This document shows, piece by piece, positions 62,331 through 64,000 of a stretch of DNA of 64,000 bases. Source of the stretch: Bilabrum cf. latius (Eukaryota); the NCBI GenBank assembly GCA_965178125.1, contig OZ237750.1, forward strand, positions 496,001 to 560,000. The letters run 5' to 3'. The notes under the pieces are model-generated. The model saw nothing but the letters and a program-made list of their open reading frames with translations, had not been told where the DNA came from and made no database searches. The translations under genes and the position numbers were made by a program. Position 1 is the stretch's first letter. Each line of letters begins with the position of its first letter.

Positions 62331-64000
62331 ATGATAAGGACAGAAGCCGCTATAGTATCTGGTGCTATTTTTCGGACTGCTTTGCGATGTCGTGGCGCAA
62401 CGCTTCTGCGATAGACCTTGAGTGCCGCTGGACAGCAGAAAAGATTTCGAACAGTGATGCCCTCCGTCTGGGGAATCGACATCACGTGCTCGCATCCAGA
62501 CGCGGCATCGTTGTATGATGATGCAGTCAATTCGGTAAGCAGCTCTTGAGTACCGGACCCTGCTAGCTCATGTCCGTCCTCTCACCGCAACCACTTCACG
62601 CGGACATCACAACTTTCGTCTTGCAGTACTTGTCCCTCACGGGCGATCCTAGCGGGAAATGTGCAGCGGCAGTCGAGCGTGATCCTGGAATGGTGATGTG
62701 TATTGCTTTGGATGGTTTTCTGCACCTGCTATCAGGTGGCTGCACTGGGGATCACCCGGCGGTTCGCATAATGCGAACTCGAGTCCAAAAGCTCGTAGAA
62801 AAGAACCACTGCAGCCATCGCGAGCGATGCTTCGTAGCAGCGTTCACATCTCTAGCAGAAGGAAGATCCCGCGAGGCCACCGCTATTCTGGAAGCCTGGC
62901 TGCTGGAGCAGCCGGTGGACGCTCTCGTAGTTCGGGTTCTCCACGACATCTACTTCCACCTGGGCGATTCCCAGCAGCTGCGGGATTCTCCTGGGCGAGT
63001 CCTAGGCGGATTCGATGTAGCGAGACCGGGATACCTCAAGGTGTGCGGCATGTTTTCGTTTGGGGCCGTGGAGATGCACCAGTACGGCCTGGCGGAGGAG
63101 CAGGGGATGCGAGCACTCTCCGAAGACATGAGAGATCCTTGGGCATTGCACGCAGTGGCGCACGTGTATGAAATGCAGGGCAGAAAGTACGAAGGCTAGC
63201 GACTTCTGCGAACTACAAGGTACTGGTGGGATTCGGCCAACTTGATGTTTACTCACCTGCACTGGCACTGGGCATTGTTTCAGATCGAAGACGGCTAGTA
63301 CGAGAAGGCGATGCAGAGGTACGACATGTGGATCAGGGACGGGCACAGCAATCAGTCCCTAGACCTTGCAGATGCTATTTCAATGCTGTGGAGAATGGAA
63401 TTGGCCGGACAGAACGTCTATGACCGCTGGATGGAGATGCAGCCGCTGGTGCGCGACCACTGCGGGAAGCACACTACCGCGTTCTTTGACGTGCACTATG
63501 CCATGTGCCTGGCTGCATGCGGCGACGATGATGGATTGGATGAGCTGATGGAGTCCATGCGCCGGTATGCCCTGGATAGTCCCCTGTATTCCGAGGCGCA
63601 CTCGAGCACCATTCCGACCCCAGCAGACGAGGATGTGCCTCTGGTCGATCCCACCTGGGGCTGGGAACCGTGGATGACGCAGGAATCGGAGGATGAGGCA
63701 AGGTGGAGATCGTTCTGGAGCAGCAGGGGCGTGCCTGAGCACGCCACCATCGACCCAATCGCGCCAGATCCCACCACTGGGGAGGAAGTTAGCAAGCCGA
63801 CAAGGCCGGAGCCTGGCAGCGCATCGCAGGCATCGCACGATGGAGATCTGTTGGAAGAATCTAATGCCGTGAAGGGGTACTCTCTCAATAATACAGCAGA
63901 TAGCACACATCGCTCGCAGGAAGGCATCGTGCCAGTGAGCAAGGAGTCCGACCCACTTGGAGGAGGAGAGCGCACCGCGGGCGTGCCGGCCATGTATGGT
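62331..64000 (+). CDS. TTC38: Tetratricopeptide repeat protein 38 (3'-truncated by the window edge); intron 62535-62626
   Basis: RE..F, DPWALHAVAHVYEMQG, HLHWHWALF.IE.G*YE.A...YD, DA.SMLWR and F.DVH..M motifs. TAG at 63197-63199 and 63296-63298. Arg-rich transit-peptide-like N-terminus (alternative ATG 62457). Confidence 0.88.

Noticed and set aside
1-64000. Mass pseudogenisation, C->T hypermutation or sequencing error as the source of in-frame stops
   Set aside because: These would also create TAA (from CAA), TGA (from CGA) and frameshifts. Intact genes show only TAG and keep frame for up to 15 kb, whereas the genuinely dead transposase does show TAA and frameshifts.
1-64000. TAG as pyrrolysine, Trp (A-to-I editing), Leu, or programmed leaky read-through
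   Set aside because: Diagnostic positions match Gln. TAGs occur dozens of times per gene, in tandem and with no fixed downstream context, which is incompatible with leaky read-through. No Pyl machinery is seen. U-to-C editing is not formally excluded without RNA data.
1-64000. Ciliate-type code (table 6, UAA and UAG both Gln)
   Set aside because: No in-frame TAA in any intact gene, and TAA terminates two genes.
1-64000. Prokaryotic or phage (code 15 crAss/Lak-like) origin
   Set aside because: Spliceosomal introns and eukaryote-specific genes (USP39, DAW1, DNAAF3); no operons or phage genes.
1-64000. tRNA (including a CUA suppressor), rRNA or eRF1 gene
   Set aside because: None recognised by eye in this window; a tRNAscan-SE/Infernal run is needed to be sure.

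Overview
Gene-dense, GC-rich nuclear DNA from a flagellated unicellular eukaryote: it has short GT-AG introns and the dynein assembly genes DAW1 and DNAAF3. Protein style is reminiscent of Cafeteria-like stramenopiles, but that placement is inference only. The dominant signal is a non-standard nuclear genetic code. The fragmented ORF track collapses into about 16 genes once TAG is read as a sense codon. At conserved positions (DAW1, USP39, ankyrin, kinase, cytochrome b561) TAG sits where Gln is expected. TAA and TGA never occur in frame in the intact genes and they end genes (13 TGA, 2 TAA), which matches UAG=Gln with UAA still a stop (NCBI table 15-like). Recoding reveals a ~5,190-aa protein (12 predicted TM helices, two degenerate cyclase domains, split AGC kinase) and a ~1,930-aa Reeler/Ig-like-repeat/DOMON/cytochrome b561 reductase. 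It also gives a WW-domain TMC/OSCA-like channel, a TmcB/C-like protein, CPQ, USP39, an ankyrin+SAM protein, a FAM133-like protein, an MBOAT acyltransferase, TTC38 and two coiled-coil proteins. A 2-kb decayed pogo-like DNA transposon has perfect 28-bp TIRs and a TA duplication. All gene models and counts were read by hand; no searches were run.
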